Shown here: in pieces, positions 50,168 through 60,070 of the stretch
Layout of the letters: every line of letters begins with the position of its first letter
How positions within the stretch are numbered: position 1 is the stretch's first letter
Position numbers and translations under genes: made by a program
DNA from: a virus
Taxonomy: Duplodnaviria > Caudoviricetes
IMG/VR virus record: IMGVR_UViG_3300027819_000009
Span: 10,658-74,657 of that record
Length of the DNA: 64,000 bases
Reading direction: 5' to 3' (one strand)
Notes under the pieces: generated by a model
Seen by the model: the letters and a program-made list of their open reading frames with translations, nothing else
What the model was told of the DNA's origin: nothing
Databases searched by the model: none

Positions 50168-50392
50168 ATGGATATACACACACACGATGCCGACTTTAGT
50201 GTAAGTACAAACAATAAACTTACAATACTATTTCTTTTATTCAGCGGATTGTTTCATTGGATGCAGACGCTAAGTGCTGATGTAATTTATATTTGGTTTT
50301 TTAGAACCCTTACGGTTATCTCTGTTATGTTAGTTATCGTGCTAAATTTAATTAAACTTATAGAGTGGTATAAATCAAAAAAAACAAAATAG
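50168..50392 (+). CDS. Holin-like two-TM protein
   Basis: Two hydrophobic segments and a basic C-terminus (WYKSKKTK). Confidence 0.55.
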   Translation: MDIHTHDADFSVSTNNKLTILFLLFSGLFHWMQTLSADVIYIWFFRTLTVISVMLVIVLNLIKLIEWYKSKKTK

Positions 50393-50393
50393 A

Positions 50394-50627
50394 ATGAAAA
50401 AGTATAAAGTTCATTTTTCAATTTTCAACATCTTCTCCGATAGCCAATCGGAGGTTGTGAAATTACAAACTGTTTTTAAATCTATATCTGCAGCCGTTGT
50501 TGGGACTGTTTGGTATGAGTCAAACTCTACTAATGCCCTTTATTTTGCAATTGGAGGATGTGTTGTAGATGCTATTCTGGCGTGTTTCTATTTCGAGCAT
50601 ATAAATAAGGACGAGTTAAAGCCATAA
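50394..50627 (+). CDS. Holin-like small membrane protein
   Basis: Two moderately hydrophobic segments; lies next to spanin-like genes. Confidence 0.4.
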   Translation: MKKYKVHFSIFNIFSDSQSEVVKLQTVFKSISAAVVGTVWYESNSTNALYFAIGGCVVDAILACFYFEHINKDELKP

Positions 50628-50779
50628 AACATGAAATCAATGAAATTTTTATTTGTATTTATAGGACTTGGATTTATTTGTTATGGAATAAATAGGTGCG
50701 ATAAAGAAAATCAAGATTGTGTTTCTGTAAAAACAGAAACTTCCATTGTGGATTCATTAAAAACAGACTCACTGAAATA

Positions 50780-51112
50780 ATGCGGAAGGAAGTTTTAAAA
50801 TACACACTAATTATTGTTGGTGTTTTTATATTAGTTCGGCTGTATGACTTTGTAACCAAAAAGCCGGCGCCGATTGAAAGAACGGTAGATCCCAGAATTT
50901 TAAGGCTAGATTCTGAAATTACAGTCCTTAAAAAAGAAATGGAGCTATCAGCCAAAGAAAGGGCAGTTAGGGACTCAAACATTAACTCTCGTTTTGATAG
51001 TATAAGAACGGATCGCCAAAAAGCAAATAATGAAAAAAAGAAGTTATATAAAATTCCAGATTCGGAGCTTATTCGTATCCGTGATTCTATTCGGAAAGTT
51101 AACGGCTTATAG
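50780..51112 (+). CDS. Inner-membrane spanin-like protein
   Basis: N-terminal TM then coiled coil; start moved to MRKEVLK; overlaps the next ORF in another frame. Confidence 0.5.
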   Translation: MRKEVLKYTLIIVGVFILVRLYDFVTKKPAPIERTVDPRILRLDSEITVLKKEMELSAKERAVRDSNINSRFDSIRTDRQKANNEKKKLYKIPDSELIRIRDSIRKVNGL

Positions 51113-51461
51113 CCAGGCTGGTGAGGTAATTTGCCTTACCCCCAATGAATACCGGTTCTATGCAGGAGCAGTTATTGATAGGCAAGCGATGGCTAAAGAT
51201 ACCACTCGGTTAAAAGAGGCTATATTTGACTTAAAAACCAATAATGCGTCCCTAGAGTCGGACTTGGCGAAATCTCGCGACGTAGAGGCTAAAATGGGCG
51301 AAAAAGAGGCTATTTACGTACATAAGATAGATACACTTTCGGATGCTGTGGATAAGTATAAAATAAAAACTGTCCGGAATAGGCGGATGGCTATTGTTGG
51401 TGGAGGAGTTTCGGTTTTAGAAACAGTGCTTATTGTTTTGGGACTTATTTTAATTTTTTAG
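51030..51461 (+). CDS. Spanin-partner-like coiled-coil protein
   Basis: Signal peptide ending AYS-Q, coiled coil, hydrophobic C-terminus; 83-nt overlap with the upstream ORF. Confidence 0.45.
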   Translation: MKKRSYIKFQIRSLFVSVILFGKLTAYSQAGEVICLTPNEYRFYAGAVIDRQAMAKDTTRLKEAIFDLKTNNASLESDLAKSRDVEAKMGEKEAIYVHKIDTLSDAVDKYKIKTVRNRRMAIVGGGVSVLETVLIVLGLILIF

Positions 51462-51960
51462 TTAGTTTTTCAAATTCTTGCAAGAATGTGTTTTTCGCAT
51501 AACCCCTATCCCAACACTCCGTTTTTGGATCGTTCTTAATCATTATAGTCTCCCATTCAAATTCCAAAAGCATCACATCGGCATGTTTTACCTTCTCATG
51601 CATTGGCCAATCGAAACCAAACTTCTCGGCTATTTTATGCATTAAATTCTCCTCGATGTTTTTATATTCCGGCATATTTGCTTTTATAGGCTTTGGGATA
51701 TCCATTAAAAAACTTTCTGACGCATCATGTAATAGGGCTTGAAGTTTTAATTCCTCATTTTCCATATACCTCATTACCATTACGGAATGCTGTGCTACAG
51801 AGTAAAATCTTGGAAGGTGGCCCGCAAATCTGCATTGTTGGGAAAGACTATGTGCTATATCTAAGATGTCTATTGTTTCCAGCTTCGGGTCAAATACATT
51901 TATATATTTTCCGGTAAAAGTTCTGATGTGGTCTTTCGTGTATAGGTTTTCTTTTGTCAT
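51445..51960 (-). CDS. HD-domain 5'-deoxynucleotidase (YfbR-like)
   Basis: DIAHSLSQQCRFAGH...YSVAQHS...LLHDASES. Confidence 0.85.
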   Translation of the reverse strand: MTKENLYTKDHIRTFTGKYINVFDPKLETIDILDIAHSLSQQCRFAGHLPRFYSVAQHSVMVMRYMENEELKLQALLHDASESFLMDIPKPIKANMPEYKNIEENLMHKIAEKFGFDWPMHEKVKHADVMLLEFEWETIMIKNDPKTECWDRGYAKNTFLQEFEKLTKKLK

Positions 51961-53411
51961 TCTATTTGGTTTAAAAAATCATTATTGCTTTCTAATTGTT
52001 TTATTGGTTCTGGAGATTCTATTACGGCCTGCTCGTATTGATTTTTAAATTTCATTAACTCTCCAATCCATTTAAGGTATATTTCTTTTGTGGCCCCGTG
52101 CCTGTTTTTTGCATTTATAATTTGAACAATGCCTTGTGTTGAGTTTCCTTCAGCATCTTGTGTTATGCCATAGGATGATGGGTTATAAATAAAGAATACC
52201 ATATCCGCATCCTGTTCTATACTTCCACTATCTCTTAAATCGGAAAGCTGTGGGCGTTTATCGGGGCGCAATTCAACGGCCCTACTTAACTGCGACAATG
52301 CTATAATTGGGATTTCTAATTCTTTTGCAAGTGATTTTATCCCCCTACTAATAACACTTATCTCTTGCTCTCTATTTCCTTCTTTGCCGGTTCCAGACAT
52401 TAACTGAAGGTAATCTATTATTATAAGGCTTATATTCTCCTCTCTTTTTAATTTCCTTGCCTTGTTTCGTAATTCAAAAATACTTAATCCTCCAGAATCA
52501 TCTATAAAAAGAGGTGCATCTTTTAAAATCTGCATATCTCTTTTAAATAGTTTTTCTGTGTCATCATCCATTCCGTTTTTAACCAACTCGTGTGGTATTT
52601 CGGTCTCTTGTGCGGCCATTCTTATATAAAGTTGTTCTGCCGACATCTCCATGCTAAAAATAGCGGTTGGGCTTCCGGACAACACTGCGTTTTTTGCTAA
52701 ACAAAGAGCGAGTGCTGTTTTGCCCTGTCCTGGGCGGGCGGCTAAAATAATTAAATCTGATTTTTGCCAACCCCTCATTAGTTTATTAAATTCAACAAAC
52801 CCTGTTTCAACTCCAATTACTATATTTGGGTTTTCTCTAATTTGCTTATTCCTTTCTAGTAACAGCGAGTATAGTGTACTTGATTTTACACCTTTCGAAG
52901 TGTTAAACCCAGAAACTATTCCTGTTATTTCCTTTTCATGCTCCTCAAGTAAATCAAAGCAGTCTGTGCCTTCTTCATAAGCAGACTTTATTGTTGCAGT
53001 TCCTATTCGTATTAATTCTCTTTGTATAAACTTCTGAGCCACAATTCTAGCGTGGAATTCAATATTAGCAGAAGATGCTATTCTATTTGTTAGTTGTGAA
53101 ACGTAATAGGATCCACCAACAAACTCAAGCTCCCCTGTTCTTTTAAGCTCTTGGGTAACTGTTAGAATATCAATAGGACTGTTTATTTTAAATAAATTAA
53201 CTATCGCATTAAATACCTTTCCGTTTTGTTCTTTATAAAAACTTGCGGGGGTTAATATATCAATAACTACACTTAAACCTTCTTTCTCAAGAAGTACTGC
53301 TCCTAATACAGCCTCTTCAAGTTCTACTGATTGGGGTGGAAGTTTGCCAATCTCGCTTATAGGCGTTCCAGTGGCTATTATGGTACGTTTCCTTGTTTTT
53401 TGTTCGTTCAT
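51957..53411 (-). CDS. dnaB: Replicative DNA helicase
   Basis: LPPQSVELEEAVLG, AARPGQGKT, IIDYLQLM, LSQLSR, DLRDSGSIEQDAD, AKNRHG. Confidence 0.97.
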   Translation of the reverse strand: MNEQKTRKRTIIATGTPISEIGKLPPQSVELEEAVLGAVLLEKEGLSVVIDILTPASFYKEQNGKVFNAIVNLFKINSPIDILTVTQELKRTGELEFVGGSYYVSQLTNRIASSANIEFHARIVAQKFIQRELIRIGTATIKSAYEEGTDCFDLLEEHEKEITGIVSGFNTSKGVKSSTLYSLLLERNKQIRENPNIVIGVETGFVEFNKLMRGWQKSDLIILAARPGQGKTALALCLAKNAVLSGSPTAIFSMEMSAEQLYIRMAAQETEIPHELVKNGMDDDTEKLFKRDMQILKDAPLFIDDSGGLSIFELRNKARKLKREENISLIIIDYLQLMSGTGKEGNREQEISVISRGIKSLAKELEIPIIALSQLSRAVELRPDKRPQLSDLRDSGSIEQDADMVFFIYNPSSYGITQDAEGNSTQGIVQIINAKNRHGATKEIYLKWIGELMKFKNQYEQAVIESPEPIKQLESNNDFLNQIE

Positions 53412-53428
53412 GGCTTAAAGTGGCTTTT

Positions 53429-54130
53429 CTATTTGTTTTTAAAGGGTTTAAATGAGGCTGGTGCGACTGCGGTTGTGGTCTGTGTTGAGTGCTTTCCGTT
53501 TTGATTGTTTTTTAAATGAGGTATTGTGTTTAGTATTTTTGTTTTCCAATTTTTTATTTTATTTCCAAACCCATCATTCCATTCATCCTGAACCCACTGT
53601 TGGTATTTTGCTTTTAAACTAAACTCTAATCCCTGATACTCGTCTGGAATTGATTTTTTACAGTATTCTAAAAATTCAATTTCGGAAGGCTTTATATACT
53701 TACTTATACTTTCATTTTCATCTTCATCTTCAGTGTTTGGCTTTAATTTTGCTTTTGTTTTGCTTTTGTTTTGCTTTTTATTCTTCTTATTACCCCTCCC
53801 TCCCTTAGCCCCATTTTCACTATAAGTCTTTGATTTTAAGGCTTCTTTAAGCATTCTTCTACTTTCTATTTTAATCTTTTTATCTGGTAAAAACTCTATA
53901 TCTAATACATCATTATCCTTCAATTCTTGTATAATTTTAACCGCATTATCCTCGCTTTTTTTAAGCAAAAATGCAATTTGCTGAAAGCTAATCGAAAGCA
54001 AACCTTTAGTTGGACTTTTCCATAATTTAAATATTAATTTAATAAGGGCGCCTTCAGCCTCAATACTAATACAATTAGTGTCCTGCTCCCAGTCGCCTAT
54101 ATAAATAGGTATATAAGGCAATTTACCCAT
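53429..54130 (-). CDS. Phage replication initiator-like protein
   Basis: KLPYIPIYIGDW N-terminus, low-complexity linker, position directly upstream of dnaB. Confidence 0.65.
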   Translation of the reverse strand: MGKLPYIPIYIGDWEQDTNCISIEAEGALIKLIFKLWKSPTKGLLSISFQQIAFLLKKSEDNAVKIIQELKDNDVLDIEFLPDKKIKIESRRMLKEALKSKTYSENGAKGGRGNKKNKKQNKSKTKAKLKPNTEDEDENESISKYIKPSEIEFLEYCKKSIPDEYQGLEFSLKAKYQQWVQDEWNDGFGNKIKNWKTKILNTIPHLKNNQNGKHSTQTTTAVAPASFKPFKNK

Positions 54131-54470
54131 TAATATCTCCTGTTTTATCTACATTAATTTTAATTCTCCTAAGTATTTCCTTCCATTTACCAACCATTTC
54201 TTTACCATCTCTATTCCAAACAGCAGATATTAAAAACTTCTCTATTGGACTAAATTTTATATGTAAAAAATCATGGCAATCTTCACATACAGTAGATAAA
54301 CACTCATCTGGAGTTTCCCAGGGCTCATCTCCACTAAAATACATTTCGTGATGAACATGAAGGGTTGATTTACTATCTCCACAATACCAACAGCTAAAAT
54401 TATCTCTATTAAGAATTTCTAATCGCTTTTTCTGCCAGCGAGGATCTTTTAATTTTTCAGAGTAAGTCAT
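54123..54470 (-). CDS. HNH-like endonuclease
   Basis: LKDPRWQKKRLEILNRDNFSCWYC...LHVHH...CEDCH. Confidence 0.8.
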   Translation of the reverse strand: MTYSEKLKDPRWQKKRLEILNRDNFSCWYCGDSKSTLHVHHEMYFSGDEPWETPDECLSTVCEDCHDFLHIKFSPIEKFLISAVWNRDGKEMVGKWKEILRRIKINVDKTGDING

Positions 54471-54727
54471 TTTAATTGGGGCTCAACATCGGGGGGAACC
54501 GGTAACGTACTGTTCGGCAATACGAGTTATTCCCCCTTCAGTTGAGTTATTTTTAGCTAGTTTGTTTTGAATTTTCCGAACATTAAGAATAATTTTTTAC
54601 CGTTAACTATTGGCAATATTACTACCTTTTATTTAAACCAACAAATAATTACAATATTCCTTATTAAAAAGATGTACACATTGGATTGTGAATAAAAGAT
54701 AGTACGAAATGGGTACGGAAATAGTAT

Positions 54728-54735
54728 TATATTTG
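54728..54735 (+). promoter_or_regulatory. Bacteroidota-type promoter of the tmRNA (TATATTTG)
   Basis: TAnnTTTG 5 nt upstream of the predicted acceptor-piece 5' end. Confidence 0.65.
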
Positions 54736-54740
54736 CTTCG

Positions 54741-55066
54741 GAAATTCGTATTAAGGATTAGTTCTTTAAAATATTTGTATAATGAGTTTATTTGGACGAG
54801 GGTTCGAATCCCTCCGAGTCCACTCTCTTCGCCGAGAAGAACCGATAGAAAATAAAGGGTGTTATTACGTCCGGCTATCGGTTGGTTTTATTGGGCTCGC
54901 TCGGTTTTGACAGTAAACAAGAAGTCTGCAATGAGAATTTCTAAGTCGTAAAAGACAAAAAAGAAGCAAAAGTGATTGCTTTCGTGCCAAAGGCAGAAGC
55001 ACCACGTGTGGAAATGAAAATTGCCGCATAAGCGCATTACCCCTAGCATTATATGTTGGGGGTTTT
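54741..55066 (+). ncRNA. ssrA: Circularly permuted (two-piece) tmRNA
   Basis: T arm and acceptor 3' strand CGAGTCC-A (54798-54822) precede the 5' strand GGGCTCG and GGTTTTGAC D loop (54893-54911); G3.U70 pair; tag frame ...EMKIAA-TAA ends at 55031. Confidence 0.88.
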
Positions 55067-55073
55067 GTTTTTT
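55039..55073 (+). terminator. Intrinsic terminator closing the tmRNA coding piece
   Basis: ACCCCTAGCAT/ATGTTGGGGGT stem plus T tract. Confidence 0.75.
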
Positions 55074-55339
55074 GTATATAAAATAGTTGTATATTTATCT
55101 CACAATCATTTTATATTCCATAAGCGCTGCAACGCTGGTAAAAGCCCACTTATATGTGGGCTTTTATTATTCCAGCGGTTCAAGTAAGTAAAATTACCCA
55201 ACCCGATAAAATTCTATGGCTGATTATCAAGAAGTTAGCCAACTTTACCAACTATTTACACTATTCTTATAGCGATTTGTATTGCTATTTGTAAAAACGG
55301 ATGTATATTTGTGTAAAGTTTAACGAAAACCAATATAAA

Positions 55340-55543
55340 ATGATATTAGAAGTTGAAACGAAAAAAAGGTGGAAGAAGCTACGGGAGTGGGGGATTATTA
55401 AGAAAATTGAATCCGAAACAGGACTATCTCGGCCAACCATTATAAAAGCATTGGATACCGGAGAAATGACGATTACTGTATTCGAAAAACTAAGCGAGTT
55501 CTTTAATAAGCATGAAGCAAAACTAAAATCTGAAAATGTTTAA
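55340..55543 (+). CDS. Cro-like HTH regulator
   Basis: IKKIESETGLSRPTIIKAL HTH; TATATTTG at 55304-55311; start moved to MILEV. Confidence 0.65.
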   Translation: MILEVETKKRWKKLREWGIIKKIESETGLSRPTIIKALDTGEMTITVFEKLSEFFNKHEAKLKSENV

Positions 55544-56769
55544 TAAGATATGACAAAGTTGGATTTCATAAGGGAAGAAGAGGAGCATGGCCAAATACTT
55601 ATCGGCACGAATGCTAACGATATGGTTTTACTCTGCGATTGGTATTTGGGAATTACCGGCAGCGTTCCTACAAGCGAAATTATTAAAATGGAAAACTTAA
55701 ACTAAAAAATATGAACGACTATTTAAAGACAATGTTTTGGGATCATTTTGATTGGACTTTGTACTTAAGAATTTTACAAGCAAAAGCAAAAAAAGAAAAC
55801 CTAATTAGAAAACAAAAATAATGTTTTTGGAAAACACACCCCATAACAACCAAGCCGGAATCTCCGAGATTTTAACCTCAGAGAGGTCTTGCGATTTATG
55901 TGCCATTAAAAAGGACGTAATAGACTTGGCCCCTTGTCCAACCGGCAACGGCTTTTACTGCGAGGACTGCGTAAAGAATGGCGATGTTGAATCGTACCTG
56001 AAACGAAAAACAAAAATCAGCAAATATCAAATCACCAAATTTTTAAATAGTATAATGTTATGACCGACGAGAAAATCATAATCCCAAAATCCTTAATGAA
56101 CTCTATAATCGAAAAGTACCGAGGCGGAGTAACCATTATGAATTTAAGTGACGAGTACAATATACCTTACGATGTTCTTAGGTTCCGGCTGAATGATTAC
56201 AAAATAAACGTCCACGATTTTGAATCGGAGAACTGTGGAAAGATAATGTTGGCAGAGAGTAAACTGGTAACGGGCAGTTTTCCTAACTATAAACTAAGTC
56301 CAGAATATGATGGTTAAAAGTTTATGTCGCTTTTATTTTACTATGCACATTCAGATCTCAATTCTGGATACGTCGCAATTACTAATAGACTTTTAAGCTA
56401 ATGAAAACATACACAGATAAGGAGTTTAATAAACTTAAAAAGAAGTATCTAACCAATGAGGAGTTGCATTGGCTAGACTGTTTTCCTATATTATTTTTAT
56501 TATTCACTCACGGATGGGAGGAGATAGTTTACAACTTCGCATTATTAATTAGAGCAGCAGAAGGAGACTTGTAAAATGGAATCGCAGCAATATAAAACCA
56601 TAATTGAAACCAACCATTATAGGATGTCTTATATGGCGGATAATAAAAAAAACGAGTATTTTGAGGAGTTTGGAAAACATTTAGAGGCCGGATTATCTAT
56701 TCAGGAAGCCATTAATAGGTGTTGGGAGAAATTTAAACCACAGGAAATAACTAAAAAATAAATATATAC

Positions 56770-57660
56770 ATGGAAACGAAAACACAAGCAAAGCCGGCAC
56801 TTACAATCAAATCCATAATGGATCGCGAAGATGTGCAAAGTAAAATTCAAAAAATGATGGGTAAAAAAGCCGCAGGATTTGTATCCTCCGCCCTTCAGAT
56901 AGTATCTAACGGATTACTTGCGAAAGCCGATCCAATGTCGGTATATGCAGGGATAATGACTGCTGCCTCCCTGGACTTATCTTTAAATCCAGCGATTGGC
57001 CACGCTCATTTAGTACCTTTTAATATAACGAACCCAGACAAAAGCAAAACAGTAAAAGCCGTTTTTATAATCGGATACCTTGGGCTGATTGAACTTTGCC
57101 AGCGTTCAGGTCAATACAAAAACATTTCCGCAACACCAATCTTTAAAGGACAGCTTATTGAATCAAATCCTTTAACTGGCTTTAAGTTTGACTTCAGTAA
57201 AACAAGTAAAGAAGTAATAGGGTATGCAGCCTATATAGAGCTTGTGTCGGGTTTTCAAAAGACTTTATATATGACCAAACAGGAAGTTTTGGATCATGCC
57301 AAGAAGTACAGTAAGACTTACGGAAAATCAGGAAGCGCATGGACGACGGACGAGGACAAAATGTGCTGCAAGACTGTTTTAAGGGCATTACTTAAATATG
57401 GCCCAAAATCAATCGACGTACAACGTGCCGAATCAATCGATGAGTTTATTCCTGATGCGGCGCCGGACGATAGCACATTTGTAGATGCTGTATATACAGA
57501 AACAAACGAGGAGAGGGAGAAGTTGGTAAAGGAAATCGAAAAGGCAAATTCGGCTGAAGAATTAGCAGTATTAAAAATGCAAATCGGAACGGATGATTAC
57601 TTGGATTTACAAGAAGCAATCGATGCGAAGATTGAAAAAATAAACACTAAAAAGAAGTAA
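56770..57660 (+). CDS. recT: RecT/Redbeta-family single-strand annealing protein
   Basis: AASLDLSLNPAIGHAHLVPF, FIIGYLGLIELCQRSGQY, MCCKTVLRALLKYGP. Confidence 0.9.
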   Translation: METKTQAKPALTIKSIMDREDVQSKIQKMMGKKAAGFVSSALQIVSNGLLAKADPMSVYAGIMTAASLDLSLNPAIGHAHLVPFNITNPDKSKTVKAVFIIGYLGLIELCQRSGQYKNISATPIFKGQLIESNPLTGFKFDFSKTSKEVIGYAAYIELVSGFQKTLYMTKQEVLDHAKKYSKTYGKSGSAWTTDEDKMCCKTVLRALLKYGPKSIDVQRAESIDEFIPDAAPDDSTFVDAVYTETNEEREKLVKEIEKANSAEELAVLKMQIGTDDYLDLQEAIDAKIEKINTKKK

Positions 57661-58636
57661 AATCATGGGAACATTATTTAACCAAAAAGAAAGACCAACA
57701 CTAAACACAGGAAGCGATCATCTCATCGATTACATTGAGATTTTAAAAAACGTTTCAAAAGTAACAGAAGTGCCCCTTTCAGATGTAATTAAAGCCGCCG
57801 AAGTAAAAGAATTAATCCGAAAAAATGATTTATATGTAATTAACGGAGATATTCATGATGAGCAAATGCAGGGGCTTGGTGAATTGATAAAATCCGCATT
57901 CGCTATATCGGAGGGCTGTCCGTCTGCATTAGAAGCAATAGCCATCCAGTTAGGTTATGGCCCAGACGGATCGCCAGCATTAGATGCGATAGCAGATGGC
58001 AATCAACAAATAGCAGATGCCCTTTTAGAAATAGCAAAAGAGATTAACAATAAAGAAGATTAACTATGGATGCTAAACAAATGTTTGAAAACGGGGCGGT
58101 TCTTATCCGAGACTATAAAGGACACGAACAAATGCTAATGAATGAAGGTACATTTATAGCAATAATGGATGAGTTGATTGAAATTAACAACAGCAACAAT
58201 CAAAAAATAAACGAACTCGGAATTACAATGGACTCGGCTATTAAAAGAATCAACGAGTTAAAATCAAAAATAAGATGAGTAATGAGTATTTAGCAACCAA
58301 AGAAGGTCTTTTTAAAGACGGTAAAAAAGTCCCACTTGAGTTTGGGAACAAAGAACAAATACGGGCAGTCCGGAAATACGAAAGAGAGGCTGGAATGTTG
58401 GATTCAGAAGAAGGATTTAAGGTAGAGCCGGAATATCAATGTAAAGCGGAAGGCGACTTCTCCTGTACTTGTGGGCGGAAGGTTTATTATGAATTTGATT
58501 GTGATGGGAATGGCGATGTGGATCCTTTTGTTGGCGAAACTGTAAATTGCCATGCTTGCGGAAATGAGTATCAGTTTACCGTAGATGAATCAGATGAAGT
58601 TTATGTTAAACGCTATTATAATTTAGAAGAAGAACT

Positions 58637-59032
58637 ATGAGTTTAGAAGAAGCGGTTCAAATAGCCGAGCAGGATTACATTCTAATCCCGAAGGTAAAGA
58701 GTCCTGAAACAATTAACGGAAATGTAGTATTGGATGTGACTACAGCTCTAATTTGTAAAGAGTTCGGATTTACTTTAGAAGAGATTAAAAGCCGGAGTCG
58801 GGCTGGTTATTTACCAAGAGCCAGATACAGGATATTCTATATTACAAAAAAAATATTTCCTAATATGGGAATAAGGGCTATGGGGAGGAAGTTTAATCTT
58901 AGTGAGAATAATGCACACTCGAATGTTATACACGGCATGAAGCAGATGGAAGGGGAGATAAGGATGATGCCGAAAATCAAGGAGGAGTTGGAGTACTTAG
59001 AAAAAAGAGTTCGGGAGGAACTAGCGAAATGA
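58637..59032 (+). CDS. Stand-alone DnaA C-terminal (domain IV)-like HTH protein
   Basis: EEIKSRSR...PRAR...GRKF...HSNVIHG. Confidence 0.7.
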   Translation: MSLEEAVQIAEQDYILIPKVKSPETINGNVVLDVTTALICKEFGFTLEEIKSRSRAGYLPRARYRIFYITKKIFPNMGIRAMGRKFNLSENNAHSNVIHGMKQMEGEIRMMPKIKEELEYLEKRVREELAK

Positions 59033-59470
59033 AACTAAGCTATCAGGAACAGATAATAGATTATGTAATAAATAATCCAAGAGGCTCAACCATAGAGCAT
59101 CATTACCAGTTTTTTGATGCCACGAAAGACTGCTTTGCTATTTCGAGATTGGAAGCGGAAATAGATTATTTTCATAACGACGTCGTGGTTTTTGATGACA
59201 TCCGGCGAAAGGAAATGGCAGAAGCATACGAGCAGCTACAGGAAATTTTAACTAAATACGGAATAAAAGCAGAGTAATGTACGAGAACATCGCAATAGAA
59301 AAATGCACTGAATGCCACAAGGAGATGGATATCCGTATGCATAATTACGGAACGCCGGAATATCCCTGTTGCATCCACTGCTATAACTTGGCAAACGGAT
59401 CTTTTGAAGATGATGATTACACTCAAGATTTCGTTGACGATTTAAGAGATGGTACTTTAATACAAAGCAA

Positions 59471-60070
59471 ATGAAAAGGCACACAAACGATAATGAGAAA
59501 GTGAGTTATATTGTATATTCATTGTTTTGTCCAATATCTAAAACATATAAATACATAGGATACACATCCTATATTAATCCTAAATTATTCACTTATACAG
59601 ATGAATTTAAAAAAATTCATTCATTATTCGGCTTCTCGCCACCAAAACCAATTAATGATGTATTAGCCGATGCGTTAAATGCCGCTTTGAAAAAAAGATT
59701 AGACAAGCATAGAGGTAGTCCAACAAACGCTTTAATGTACGAATGGATAGATACTCTTTCTCAAAACAACAGTATTCCAGAAATTGAAGCATTAGATTAT
59801 TGCGAAAAAGAAAATGTAAAAGAAATGGAATCGTATTGGATTAATCAATTTAATACATGGGGATTTAATTTACTAAACATAACCCCAAAAACGAAACTCG
59901 TTAATGCGACTAAAAGAGAGGAATTGAAAATAATAGATGAATCTGAAATGGCCGAAGCTAAAAAATATAAAATAACAAGAGAGCAAGAGTATCAGGAAAA
60001 ATTGAATAAAATGGGAGAATTTGAACGACAAACTCAATCTTGGACTGGCAAAATTATACAAGGATGGTAA
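59471..60070 (+). CDS. GIY-YIG-like nuclease domain protein
   Basis: YIVYSLFCP...YKYIGYT...ESYWINQF...GFNLLN. Confidence 0.65.
   Translation: MKRHTNDNEKVSYIVYSLFCPISKTYKYIGYTSYINPKLFTYTDEFKKIHSLFGFSPPKPINDVLADALNAALKKRLDKHRGSPTNALMYEWIDTLSQNNSIPEIEALDYCEKENVKEMESYWINQFNTWGFNLLNITPKTKLVNATKREELKIIDESEMAEAKKYKITREQEYQEKLNKMGEFERQTQSWTGKIIQGW

Noticed and set aside
50631-51461. D-S/T-hydrophobic O-glycosylation sequons in the lysis-cassette proteins
   Set aside because: The motif is short and frequent by chance, and would reflect host machinery rather than a new system.
51445-51960. DatZ / Z-genome system
   Set aside because: The protein looks like an ordinary YfbR-type HD enzyme; no purZ, mazZ or viral DNA polymerase is present in the window.
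54790-54825. tmRNA 3' fragment as an attP/attR remnant
   Set aside because: The matching 5' strand, tag frame, promoter and terminator are all present in permuted order, which fits a complete gene.
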